DNA of 46,266 bases from a virus: the IMG/VR virus record IMGVR_UViG_3300033145_003126, positions 1-46,266 of that record. One strand, 5' to 3'. The notes beneath the pieces are model-generated. The model saw nothing but the letters and a program-made list of their open reading frames with translations, searched no databases and was not told where the DNA came from. Numbering within the stretch: the first letter of the stretch is position 1; each line of letters begins with the position of its first letter. The translations under genes and the position numbers were made by a program. Positions 1 through 8,562 of this stretch are shown piece after piece.

Positions 1-114
1 CCCTGCAACACGCTTAACAATATTAAAAACTCCAGTGATAGTCCTTATTGCCTTATCTAAAAAAGCCCCTAAATTTTGCTGTATAATAGCCTTATTAACT
101 TTGAACCAATCTGT
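1..114. repeat. Terminal direct repeat, copy 1 (circular-assembly overlap or terminal redundancy)
   Basis: Bases 1-114 are identical base for base to 46153-46266. The repeat lies inside one continuous minus-strand reading frame. Confidence 0.95.
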
Positions 115-831
115 AAATAATTTGACCATAGGAGTTATCTTTTTCATCAACCTGGTTCCAATGGCACTACTTATTCCTTTGATTACCATCATAACTCGTA
201 AAAGCTCATCATTGAAATCCGCAGCAGCCGCAGTGGCATCATTGTCAATAATGAATCCTAATTCTCTGGCTTCCTCTCTCTGCTTCCTCAAGGCTTCACT
301 TCCCTGTTGGATAGCAATTAACAGATCGCCGCTGATACCTAATTTCTGAGCAAACTCCAGTCTCTCTGCCTGAGTGCTTAATCGGGAAATGGCATCTGCT
401 ACATTATCCAGCATAACATCTGCTTCTTTAAGCCTTCCATTGGCATCTGTTACTGATATGCCCAAGATGCCAAAAACTTCTACTCCAGCACCTAACCCTC
501 TTGATGCTTCTGAAGAGATTCTGGCAAGGTTCTCCAAAGAGGTGTTCATGGAGTCAATTGAGCCACCATTGAGCTCTGCCACATAACCTAATTCTTGAAG
601 AGCTTTGACATCAATCCCAGTCCTTTGGGAAAATTTGCCAAGCTCATCATTAGATTCAGCTACCTTTTTTGTGAAGGCAAATATAGCAGCTCCAGCAGCA
701 GCAGCTCCAGCCACTACAACAGTTAATCCTTTTGCAGCAGAATCAATAAGACCATCAAACTTTTCAATGGTATCTTCATCAAAGTCAAAGGTCAATTTAG
801 TTATAAGGTTCTCAATTACAGTATCTGCCAT
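1..831 (-). CDS. Tail tape measure protein, N-terminal 277 codons (gene crosses the circular junction)
   Basis: The minus frame is open from the ATG at 831-829 to the window edge. It is absent from the ORF track only because it has no in-window stop. My translation is MADTVIENLITKLTFDFDEDTIEKFDGLIDSAAKGLTVVVAGAAAAGAAIFAFTKKVAESNDELGKFSQRTGIDVKALQELGYVAELNGGSIDSMNTSLENLARISSEASRGLGAG..., which looks like a tape-measure core. The gene sits directly after the chaperone pair. Codon phase at base 1 matches the phase at 46153. Confidence 0.85.
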   Translation of the reverse strand, partial: MADTVIENLITKLTFDFDEDTIEKFDGLIDSAAKGLTVVVAGAAAAGAAIFAFTKKVAESNDELGKFSQRTGIDVKALQELGYVAELNGGSIDSMNTSLENLARISSEASRGLGAGVEVFGILGISVTDANGRLKEADVMLDNVADAISRLSTQAERLEFAQKLGISGDLLIAIQQGSEALRKQREEARELGFIIDNDATAAAADFNDELLRVMMVIKGISSAIGTRLMKKITPMVKLFTDWFKVNKAIIQQNLGAFLDKAIRTITGVFNIVKRVAG

Positions 832-833
832 GG

Positions 834-1405
834 TTATCCTTTTTTGTTCTGAAGATAAATCTGTTCTTCCTGCAAGTCAAGTACTTCACTGAGATAATAA
901 GCATCTGCTAAGCTGTAGACTGTTTTCAATTCATGGAGGGTTGCCACCCCTCCATTAATGAGTCGGGCAATAAAGGGATCAACATTCAGCTTTCTTGGGC
1001 CAGAGGTTGATCTCCCCCGGTGGTGTGCAAACTTGACCCTAATGATTCCCCCAATGAGAAATTTGCCTCCATGATAAAGCCTACCACCTTCCACATCTCA
1101 AAAGGCTTGCCTGCAAAATGAGTTGCAAAATCTACAACTTTTGGATTATCACCTTCTTTAGTGAATATCCCTTTTTCAAATAAAGATAAGATGAGAGTGT
1201 TGACTGCCTCATCATCAAAATTCTCCATCAGCTTAGGAATCAAAAGCTTCAACTTTTCTTGGATGGAAGTCTTTTGGTCCATAAGGGCCAAAGAACTTGG
1301 CCCCAATATTTTTATCAATTTTGTCTGAACTTTTAAAGCTCGTATAGCATCCATTTGTGTGACCAGATAGGTAGTGTTACCTATGGCTTTATTTTTCTGT
1401 TCCAT
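834..1405 (-). CDS. Tail assembly chaperone, long product made by -1 programmed frameshift
   Basis: The overlapping ORF 834..1094 is in the -1 frame relative to 986..1405. It has only a GTG start and no obvious RBS. A canonical slippery heptamer lies in the overlap. The -1 frame ends 2 nt before the tape-measure ATG. Confidence 0.65.
986..1405 (-). CDS. Tail assembly chaperone, short in-frame product
   Basis: A 139-aa ORF between the tube and tape-measure genes, the conserved position of the chaperone pair in contractile and non-contractile tails. Confidence 0.7.
   Translation of the reverse strand: MEQKNKAIGNTTYLVTQMDAIRALKVQTKLIKILGPSSLALMDQKTSIQEKLKLLIPKLMENFDDEAVNTLILSLFEKGIFTKEGDNPKVVDFATHFAGKPFEMWKVVGFIMEANFSLGESLGSSLHTTGGDQPLAQES
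1058..1064 (-). other. Slippery heptamer A_AAT_TTC (X_XXY_YYZ) for -1 ribosomal frameshifting
   Basis: The minus strand reads GCA AAT TTC TCA in the zero frame of 986..1405. Slipping back one base gives AAA TTT CTC ATT, which is exactly the frame of ORF 834..1094 (..GKFLIGGII..). Confidence 0.6.
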
Positions 1406-1414
1406 GAAGCTCCT

Positions 1415-1837
1415 TTATACAATAGCAGGGCTGAAGAAATCACCCCGGAATACCCAATCCATTGAATTAACATTTTGCCCTCTTACAACAGAAGGGTATT
1501 TTTGGATCCAGGCATTGTTGATGACAAAAGTCTCACCAGTTTCTTTATCTTCAATTACCAAAGGAGCCACCCCAGTACCAGCAGTCCGGTCTACATTATA
1601 CAGGGCAGTTAACTCCTTATTGCTACCAGAATTTTGAAGAAGTTTTACAGTCACAGTACAGCGGTTATCATTTGACTGAGACCTTACCACATCCCCTTTG
1701 GCCCCAGCCATATCATTGAATTGATCTGTTTCAAGATCAATAGTGACAACATCATCCCCTTCAGCATATCCCTGAATCTCCAGGATACCAAAGATAACAT
1801 TGACATTTGAGAATGAAAAAGTTTTAAATTCAGGCAT
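1415..1837 (-). CDS. Tail tube protein (DUF3277-like pattern)
   Basis: A 140-aa ORF immediately downstream of the sheath gene. The sequence FSFSNVNVIFGILEIQGYAEGDDVVTI...VKLLQNSGSNKELTALY fits my memory of the tube family that pairs with DUF3383-type sheaths. Confidence 0.7.
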   Translation of the reverse strand: MPEFKTFSFSNVNVIFGILEIQGYAEGDDVVTIDLETDQFNDMAGAKGDVVRSQSNDNRCTVTVKLLQNSGSNKELTALYNVDRTAGTGVAPLVIEDKETGETFVINNAWIQKYPSVVRGQNVNSMDWVFRGDFFSPAIV

Positions 1838-1864
1838 TGTTCTTCTCCTTTAACACAGATAAGG

Positions 1865-3349
1865 TTATATGAATACAGTCCCACGAACCACAATTTTATT
1901 TATGCCACCCTGAAGTTCTGCAATGAAAGTGCCCTCAGGAAGCAAACGATCATTTCTGTCAGACTGACTTACTTCAGACCTTTTTGGGAATGAAGTGATG
2001 ACTGACCCTTCCACCAGGATGCCCTGTTTTACTCCATACTCATCCAATCTGCTTTTCAAACGGGTGTCTACCATAGTTATGCCAGCATTGGTGAATGGGA
2101 TGATATCTTTTTCAACAAGAAGAGATAACAGCCCCTCTTCAGTTCTGGCTTGGAGAAAATCAATATTGCGAATGATATCAATAAACTCCCCCTCTTTGTC
2201 TGCATTTTTACCACCACCCATGGTGCCTAAATAAACAAATATTGATCCAAGTGTGGCAGTATACACATTGGCATTAACCCCTGATGCAGCAGTCTTTTGG
2301 GCTTCAGTCAGAGATACTGCAGGAATGGAAACTTCTGCCCCTTCAGGAATGCCAGCCAGAGTCTTAAAGGCCCAGTTAGTTGATCCCAAGTCTTTGGGAA
2401 GCTGTTGACCCATCCAAGAGGTATCAGGATAAAGAGTATCATTATCATGATAAATAACTGCTGATCTGGCATAGTTTAAATTCTTCAGATAATAGACAAA
2501 AGTTGATTCACTTCCTTCAACAAGGGTGTTGGCATCATTGGTTGCAATCAAAAACATTTTTCTCCGGCTTTCAATAGCATCTGCCATATCTTCAGTAACA
2601 GTATCATCTCTGAATTTTTTCAAAGCTCCCATAGCATACCAATCAGTATTAACTGCTTCAATGGCATCTATGGCAACAGAAAAATCTTCAGCTATCTGTC
2701 CTTGAGAAAGGATTGATCCACCCAAGTTGGTGGCACTTTTAATAACATCACCATCCAGATAATCCTCACCGCTGATGTCTGTGCCTGCTGGTGTTCCTAT
2801 TGTTTCAAGAAGAGATATTGTGGATGCTGCTCCAGTAGTGCCGCTGTTTATATTGAATCGGTTGACCAGATAATAACAGTCACCGTTGACCCCCAGAGCA
2901 GTATCAATTACAGTAGCAACCCCAGCCATGCTGGTTATTGAAGAGAAATCCAGGCCAGTTAACTCCACAGCTCCACCATCTATATCAACAGAAAATGCAC
3001 CATCAGATATTCCTTGCCATACTGATAAAGTGGTCTCAGGGGAGTCTCCGCACTCCAAGAGAGCAGCAATTGCAGCATCCGCATATCTTCCGAACTGAAG
3101 TTCATCTGGCTGATTTATTAGGAATGGGTCTTGATAAAAGAAGGCATCAGCTGCCAAAGACTCTTCTGACCCATCTCCAAAAAAAACATCAACAGCAGCA
3201 GCTGTAGTAAAACTTCTGTTCCTTCTTGAAGTGGAAAGTAGATTAGAATCAGTAATCATCATCAGGATTCCAAAACCAGCTTCAGACACTCTTGGTGTAT
3301 CCTTTTGAATCTCCACATCTACAAATCTTTTAATCGGTCTTATTGCCAT
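1865..3349 (-). CDS. Contractile tail sheath protein (DUF3383-like pattern)
   Basis: A 494-aa ORF directly upstream of the tube, chaperone and tape-measure genes. Size and synteny are typical of a sheath. Confidence 0.75.
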   Translation of the reverse strand: MAIRPIKRFVDVEIQKDTPRVSEAGFGILMMITDSNLLSTSRRNRSFTTAAAVDVFFGDGSEESLAADAFFYQDPFLINQPDELQFGRYADAAIAALLECGDSPETTLSVWQGISDGAFSVDIDGGAVELTGLDFSSITSMAGVATVIDTALGVNGDCYYLVNRFNINSGTTGAASTISLLETIGTPAGTDISGEDYLDGDVIKSATNLGGSILSQGQIAEDFSVAIDAIEAVNTDWYAMGALKKFRDDTVTEDMADAIESRRKMFLIATNDANTLVEGSESTFVYYLKNLNYARSAVIYHDNDTLYPDTSWMGQQLPKDLGSTNWAFKTLAGIPEGAEVSIPAVSLTEAQKTAASGVNANVYTATLGSIFVYLGTMGGGKNADKEGEFIDIIRNIDFLQARTEEGLLSLLVEKDIIPFTNAGITMVDTRLKSRLDEYGVKQGILVEGSVITSFPKRSEVSQSDRNDRLLPEGTFIAELQGGINKIVVRGTVFI

Positions 3350-3358
3350 CTTGTCTCC

Positions 3359-3886
3359 TTATGGTTTCTCAATTGTGGTAGTAGTTCCATCCAGCTCATT
3401 TGTTATTTCGACTTTCTGAATGGTCTCTATATTCTCTTCATCCAAAGACCTTATAAAAAAGAAGCAATCAAACTGTGCTCTTCCTTCAGTTTTTTTGTTA
3501 ATTACTTCTGGGATTTCATTCACCTCCCCAGCTCTATGTAAGCCAAGACCTGCAGCATAAAGTTGATCAGTAACAGTTACCCTTGATAAACTATCTCTCA
3601 ATTTGGTGGCAAGAGTAAAAGCATCAAGCTTTGCAATATCATCACGATAAATATTGATGCTGAGAAAAACATCATATGGAGTAGAATAATCAATATCAAT
3701 AGATTCATCATCCAAAAGAGTGGCTTCTGATTCTTCTTGCCCAATAGGAATGGCTTGTGAAACATCAACAATGATATATTGTCCAGCTGGTCTTGGGGCA
3801 TTAGTAGGGGTAAAAATCGTTTCAATACTGGATACCCCTAAAACCCAAACCCTGAGTGCATCCTCTATCTGTTTAATATTAAGCAT
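3359..3886 (-). CDS. Neck / tail-terminator-like protein (tentative)
   Basis: A 175-aa ORF between the head-tail connector genes and the sheath. The call rests on position only. Confidence 0.4.
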   Translation of the reverse strand: MLNIKQIEDALRVWVLGVSSIETIFTPTNAPRPAGQYIIVDVSQAIPIGQEESEATLLDDESIDIDYSTPYDVFLSINIYRDDIAKLDAFTLATKLRDSLSRVTVTDQLYAAGLGLHRAGEVNEIPEVINKKTEGRAQFDCFFFIRSLDEENIETIQKVEITNELDGTTTTIEKP

Positions 3887-3955
3887 ATCTTATATACCCT
3901 GCCCCTTAGTATAGCCCAGTCCTATTTAATCGAACCTACACCTGTATTAAGCACC

Positions 3956-4306
3956 CTAATTAGTCCTTATGGCAATGGCTTTATGGTATCCCCCAATATT
4001 TCTATGGGCAACATTATAGACAAGCCAAGTATTCCCATCATAATTTATGACATCACCTGTGTTTGTAACTCCTATCTGGGGCACTAATTTGAATGTGGTA
4101 TGAATTTTGATCCCTTCCTCTGTTCTATCTCCTTCAGGTAATACCTTTAAATCATCAGGTGTAGCATCCTGTATAACCCCTGTAAAAGATATAGAGGCAG
4201 AACTGGACACCCACCGGCCTGACACATAACTACCGCTGACTCTGGTGCCAGTTATAGTCTGAAGCCATCCATCAAAAGCATCTGACACATCATTAAAATT
4301 TTCCAT
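3956..4306 (-). CDS. Head-tail joining / head-closure protein (tentative)
   Basis: A 116-aa ORF with a TAATG overlap to the upstream gene. Its size and position match small beta-barrel head-closure proteins. Confidence 0.4.
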   Translation of the reverse strand: MENFNDVSDAFDGWLQTITGTRVSGSYVSGRWVSSSASISFTGVIQDATPDDLKVLPEGDRTEEGIKIHTTFKLVPQIGVTNTGDVINYDGNTWLVYNVAHRNIGGYHKAIAIRTN

Positions 4307-4755
4307 TATCTATTCACCTCATATGTGATAGAGTTCTTCATCTGGCCAGTATCTATAAGCGGGTTGCTTGATCCTTTTCGGGCAATTGTCTCAGGAGTGT
4401 TTGGGGGGTCAGATATTGATACGATTTTTTTTGTTATTAAATCAGACATGAACTCCCCTAATAAGCCAAGCCCAGTTTCTACTTTCATGTTTCCTTTTAC
4501 AATTTGGCCCAACAACTTTTTCTGGAGGGCAATGATATTTTTTTTCTTGCCTTGGATAGTGCTTCTCATAAATGATCTTTCTGGCAGAGTTGCTGTTCCA
4601 TATTCATGGGCAAATCCAATCCCAGCAACTGTTATGTCTCCAGAAGGATGCTCACCAGCATCTATAATCCCAACATCAACAGTCCCAGGGATTTTGAGCC
4701 TATCTTTCACACCCTCAACACCACCATTTATTTTTTTTCTTGTAAATTTAGACAC
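4306..4755 (-). CDS. Head-tail connector, HK97 gp10-like / virion morphogenesis family (tentative)
   Basis: A 149-aa ORF. The C-terminal NPLIDTGQMKNSITYEV resembles the PLxDTGxL..S motif of this family. Confidence 0.45.
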   Translation of the reverse strand: MSKFTRKKINGGVEGVKDRLKIPGTVDVGIIDAGEHPSGDITVAGIGFAHEYGTATLPERSFMRSTIQGKKKNIIALQKKLLGQIVKGNMKVETGLGLLGEFMSDLITKKIVSISDPPNTPETIARKGSSNPLIDTGQMKNSITYEVNR

Positions 4756-5110
4756 TGAATGCTGGCACTCCTAATGTTTTTCTCAAAGTTAAATATCGTT
4801 GCCCATATGTAGTAGAAGCATAATATGCATCACTTTCATCATCAGGGGTAGCATTAGTATAGGCAACAGATGCTCCATCTACAGTCTTGCTGGCAATAGG
4901 GCCAGAAGATGTCACTGATCCAACTTCACTTTTGTTAGCCAGAGCCAGATAATGGGCAGTTAAATAAGACACCCCCATATCATATTTTGTATCCCAATAA
5001 GTTTCATTGAGAATAATAATAGCATCAGCAAGGAATATATCAATTCTTGCATCCAGCACAGCATCAAACTCAGGGAATCTAATTTTAAATGAAGTTGCAT
5101 CAATAGACAT
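4748..5110 (-). CDS. Head-tail adaptor (DUF4054-like pattern)
   Basis: A 120-aa ORF. FKIRFPEFDAV...YLTAHYLALA...TTYGQRYLTLRK matches the pattern I recall for DUF4054 connector proteins. Confidence 0.55.
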   Translation of the reverse strand: MSIDATSFKIRFPEFDAVLDARIDIFLADAIIILNETYWDTKYDMGVSYLTAHYLALANKSEVGSVTSSGPIASKTVDGASVAYTNATPDDESDAYYASTTYGQRYLTLRKTLGVPAFSV

Positions 5111-5119
5111 GTGCCCCCT

Positions 5120-5530
5120 TTATTCCTCTTCAGATTTCATTTCTGCCAATTCAGCCTGCATATTTTCAATCAGAACTCCCAAATCCACCAGCTTGGAAGC
5201 CTGATCAGATATGGTAGACTCCAGTTTGCCAATCGTGTCATCAGCATTGGCTATTTTTTCATTCTGGGCTTTAATAACCCGTTGAGCCTTATTGAGCCTG
5301 GCATTTTTCTCTTCAGCTTTCTTTGCCTGGTTCCTGCCTTCAATATCCCCAGCATCCAGCTCTACAACTTTCAAATTTTTTTCCTTCTGAGCCAGGGCTG
5401 CTTTATTATCATGAAAATAGTGCTCAAGCCCTTCCTCTTTCACCCGGTTATAGCCTGGGAAAAGTCTCAAGTTTGGCATTCCCATTGCCTTCAGAACAAT
5501 GACTGATTTTGTTGTATTGTTAATAACCAT
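5120..5530 (-). CDS. Hypothetical protein with C-terminal coiled coil, downstream of the capsid gene
   Basis: A 136-aa ORF in the operon. The C-terminal half is Lys/Glu/Ala/Gln-rich heptad-like sequence. Confidence 0.6.
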   Translation of the reverse strand: MVINNTTKSVIVLKAMGMPNLRLFPGYNRVKEEGLEHYFHDNKAALAQKEKNLKVVELDAGDIEGRNQAKKAEEKNARLNKAQRVIKAQNEKIANADDTIGKLESTISDQASKLVDLGVLIENMQAELAEMKSEEE

Positions 5531-5592
5531 CTGTGTTTCTCCTTTTCAAATTTCAAGTGAAGTGAAGATGGGCCATTTCTGACCCACCTTAT

Positions 5593-6519
5593 TTAGATGC
5601 CATCAGCATACCGAGCTGATCCAGGATATCTGAATTCAATACCACCAAGTTTGAATTCACCAGGCACCTCAAATCCACGACCCTTCCGCTGTGGTTCTGT
5701 GAACCGAAGAGGCATGGGAACATGCATGACAACCTTGTCTATGTCCTTGGTATAGGCCATCATCCGATCAGCAGACCCAGAACCAGCAGTAGCCAGTTCA
5801 GACACAGGAACAATATCTGCATCAGAACTCAGATATGGGCTATTGCTGATCAACCACTGAAGGATAGTGGTATCACTGTTATCACTGCGGGGTGTACCAG
5901 CAATATAATTCCATTGGCTGGTGGGAAGTAAAAGAGTATCAGCCTTTTCAACCTGAAGAGTATCAACAAAAATATCCCCCATGAAGTCATTGATATCAAA
6001 AAGAATCTGACCTGGAGTTTTGTTGACCCATTCAGTCCCACTACCAGGATTTACTACAGTAGCAGCTGTGACATTGACATTATTGATAAATCCCGGAAGA
6101 TTATGAGTAGTATTCCCCACCATGGCAGTTCTCTGGGCAAGTTCTTCATATGCCCTTCTGGCTATGTTAGACTTCAGCTGAGGCAATGGTCTCTGAAGCT
6201 GGATTGCCTGACGAAGTTCTTCATCAGAGTATTCATACCCAGTTGCCCCAAGCTCTACAGGCACTGTGATCTTGTCAGTTCCAATTTCAGCAATCGGAAC
6301 ATTCAAGGATTTGGTGCCGACAAATTCAGCAATAGCAGCTCCATCCATGAAGAAGTATGTCACTGATTCTGCCCATTCACCAGCTTCATTGGTGATAGGA
6401 ATAATCTGAGCATAAGTGATGGCTTTGTATTTCTTCTCATACATCTTGCTCTCAATATGCGTAAGCTGAGAGAGAAGAAAAGCCAGCCCAGTTGCTGCAT
6501 CATAAGCAAATATTTTCAT
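5593..6519 (-). CDS. Major capsid protein (HK97 fold, DUF2184 / encapsulin-like pattern)
   Basis: A 308-aa ORF after the scaffold-like and cement genes, with a strong RBS (AAAAGGAGAACAGG). The sequence LSQLTHIESKMYEKKY...GYEYSDEELRQA...ARRAYEELA fits DUF2184-type capsid proteins. Confidence 0.75.
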   Translation of the reverse strand: MKIFAYDAATGLAFLLSQLTHIESKMYEKKYKAITYAQIIPITNEAGEWAESVTYFFMDGAAIAEFVGTKSLNVPIAEIGTDKITVPVELGATGYEYSDEELRQAIQLQRPLPQLKSNIARRAYEELAQRTAMVGNTTHNLPGFINNVNVTAATVVNPGSGTEWVNKTPGQILFDINDFMGDIFVDTLQVEKADTLLLPTSQWNYIAGTPRSDNSDTTILQWLISNSPYLSSDADIVPVSELATAGSGSADRMMAYTKDIDKVVMHVPMPLRFTEPQRKGRGFEVPGEFKLGGIEFRYPGSARYADGI

Positions 6520-6559
6520 CCTGTTCTCCTTTTAAAAAGTGTTTAAAGTTTGAAGTTTG

Positions 6560-6589
6560 AATCACCCCACAGATTCATGTAGGGTGATT
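6560..6589 (-). promoter_or_regulatory. Intercistronic hairpin between the cement gene and the capsid gene
   Basis: AATCACCC (6560-6567) is perfectly complementary to GGGTGATT (6582-6589), with a 14-nt loop. There is no adjacent U-run, so it is not a canonical terminator. Confidence 0.3.
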
Positions 6590-6603
6590 ACACAGATTTC
6601 AGT

Positions 6604-8514
6604 TTAAGATACAGCAGCCGTTGGTGTTCCTTCTACAAGCCAGTTTGTACCATCAGATATAAGCACAGCAGAATCAGAACCATCAAAGGTGATGATAGTT
6701 CCATCCAGGAATGATGCTGGGGTGATTACCTGATCCCCACCATCAACCAGCATTTTCATACTGACTCGTTGACCAGAAAAACCTGCTGCAAGTCCCCCGG
6801 TAGATGCCCCAAGAGTGGAATCAAAAATGAATAAATCTACATCAAGAGCCATGGCTGCAGTTGTTAGTGCAGTAATAGTTACAATTGCCAGCCCTTCACG
6901 AGCAATTACTTTCCAGGATGAGCCAGAAAATAAAAGGGTAAAAGAATTACCAGCTTCTGTAAGCCGTAATGTTGCTCCAACAGCAAGGCTGGCAGGAGTG
7001 ATAACTACATCCCCACCATCTACTGCCAGAATAATATTCATCACCTGGCCTTCTGTACCGGCTGCGAGAGTTGCTGTGGTGGCTCCCAGAGTGGTATCAA
7101 AGGATACTACTTTTGCAGTCAATGGGATTGCCCCAGAGGTAGCTGTGATGCTAACCATATCAGTATCAAGTTCAATACCGATTGAAGAAATAATTTTCCA
7201 TGCTGAATCTTCAAAAATCAGCTCACAGGTATCACCTACATCATTAAAGGCAATAGTGGTACCATCAGTGAGATTAGCAGGAGTCACTACTTGATCCCCA
7301 CCATCTGTTATCATCTTCAGGATTTTTCTTTGACCATCCACTCCATCAGCAAGAGTTGCTGTAGAAGTGCCAGCTGTAGTATCAAAGAGGGATGTTTCAG
7401 TCAGGAGGGATATGGCCCCACTTGTTGCTACAATAGTATTAGCAGCAGGAGCCACTACACCTTGAGCAACTATATTCCAAGAACCATCTGCAAATTTTAA
7501 GGTTGCAGTATCCCCAACATCATTGAAAGTGATAGTGGTACCAACCAGAAGATTGGCAGGGGTCAGCACCTGAGCTCCCCCATCAACTATCATGATAAGT
7601 GTCATTTCCTGACCTTCTATGCCATCTGCAAGTGTTGAAGTAGAGGCACCCAGAGTAGTATCAAAAAGAACTACCCCAGAAGTCAAGGCAATGGCACCAG
7701 AAGTCGCAGTGACTTCATTGACTGTAGAATTGATGCCCAACTCAGATAACAGAGTCCAGGAACCATCTGTGAAGATGAGCTGGCAGGTATCAAAGGCATC
7801 ATTGAAAGTAATGGTAGTTCCATTGGCAAAATTGGCTGGGGTAACAACAGCATTACCACCATCAACCAGCATTACCAGGATTTTACGTTGGCCTTCAACT
7901 CCATCAGCAAGGCTGGCAGCCATGGCACCAAGAGTAGTATCCACATAAGTAATCTGGGTATCAATCCCAACCACTGCAGTAGTGGCTGTGATGGTCTCAG
8001 AGCTATCAGGAGCCAAAATGGTTCCATAACCAGAGGCATTCAGACGTACTTTTGCAATTCCACCTGCTGCTGTAGTAGTTTCAAATGTGGCACCTGTAAC
8101 AACATCAGCATCCCCACCACTGGTATCTTTACGAAACCGGCCAACCACATCAAGCGGTGAAGTATCAGCAGTATGCCTGAAATAAACCAAGTCACCAGGA
8201 ACAACCGATTGTTCTACATATACCCAGATTTCACCAAAGTCAATAATATTCATTTCACGGTACTGGGCATACAAGTGGAGGTCACTTGAATTTTCTGCCC
8301 ACGCTGAAGTCATCTCTGTGATCCCAATAAAGCTCTGGCCTGTTGTTGTAGGCAATTTAGCCTGATTGTCTGCAGTTCCTCTGACAACTGCCCGGCCAAA
8401 TGGAATATCTCCAGTTTGGGCAACCTTAGATATGATGTTGATAAGGCCAAGATTGGCTCTCTGGCCTTCATAAGCAGCATCATGTTCTGCTTCATAAGAG
8501 GTTTGTACTGGCAT
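6604..8514 (-). CDS. Capsid cement/decoration protein fused to five tandem ~92-aa repeat domains
   Basis: A 636-aa ORF. The N-terminal ~170 aa (..IPFGRAVVRG...FIGITE...GEIWVYVEQSVVPGDLVYF...) resembles BPP-1-type structural cement proteins. The gene lies between the scaffold-like and capsid genes. Residues 174-636 are five tandem repeats. Confidence 0.6.
   Translation of the reverse strand: MPVQTSYEAEHDAAYEGQRANLGLINIISKVAQTGDIPFGRAVVRGTADNQAKLPTTTGQSFIGITEMTSAWAENSSDLHLYAQYREMNIIDFGEIWVYVEQSVVPGDLVYFRHTADTSPLDVVGRFRKDTSGGDADVVTGATFETTTAAGGIAKVRLNASGYGTILAPDSSETITATTAVVGIDTQITYVDTTLGAMAASLADGVEGQRKILVMLVDGGNAVVTPANFANGTTITFNDAFDTCQLIFTDGSWTLLSELGINSTVNEVTATSGAIALTSGVVLFDTTLGASTSTLADGIEGQEMTLIMIVDGGAQVLTPANLLVGTTITFNDVGDTATLKFADGSWNIVAQGVVAPAANTIVATSGAISLLTETSLFDTTAGTSTATLADGVDGQRKILKMITDGGDQVVTPANLTDGTTIAFNDVGDTCELIFEDSAWKIISSIGIELDTDMVSITATSGAIPLTAKVVSFDTTLGATTATLAAGTEGQVMNIILAVDGGDVVITPASLAVGATLRLTEAGNSFTLLFSGSSWKVIAREGLAIVTITALTTAAMALDVDLFIFDSTLGASTGGLAAGFSGQRVSMKMLVDGGDQVITPASFLDGTIITFDGSDSAVLISDGTNWLVEGTPTAAVS
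6607..7995 (-). repeat. Five in-frame tandem coding repeats (273-285 nt each): 7717-7995, 7438-7716, 7153-7437, 6880-7152, 6607-6879
   Basis: The protein-level consensus is ATSGAI.L.....FDTTLGA.T.TLADG.EGQ....M.VDGGD.V.TPAN...GTTI.FNDVGDT..L.F.DGSW, present five times. The copies are diverged at DNA level. Confidence 0.9.
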
Positions 8515-8562
8515 ATCTGTTCTCCTTATATATTGTTAAAAAGGTTAATACTTCAGCAGGTG

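Noticed and set aside
1-114. The 114-bp terminal repeats as LTRs or inverted repeats of a mobile element or prophage att sites
   Set aside because: The repeat is direct, identical, and in phase inside one gene that reads through it. No integrase or flanking host genes are present. Circular closure or terminal redundancy of a phage genome explains it fully.
35-892. Plus-strand ORFs 35-349, 374-586 and 605-892 from the ORF track
   Set aside because: They lie antisense to a continuous minus-strand frame that translates into a convincing tape-measure protein. Their products are low-complexity (S/L/P/A-rich), they have no RBS, and they would be the only plus-strand genes inside the late operon.
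834-1094. 86-aa ORF as an independent GTG-initiated gene
   Set aside because: It has no RBS, overlaps the upstream chaperone ORF by 109 nt in the -1 frame, and has a canonical slippery heptamer in the overlap. It is better explained as the frameshift extension.
6607-7995. Tandem repeats in the cement gene as a diversity-generating retroelement target
   Set aside because: There is no reverse transcriptase gene, no separate template repeat and no adenine-specific mismatch pattern. The copies are diverged paralogous domains.
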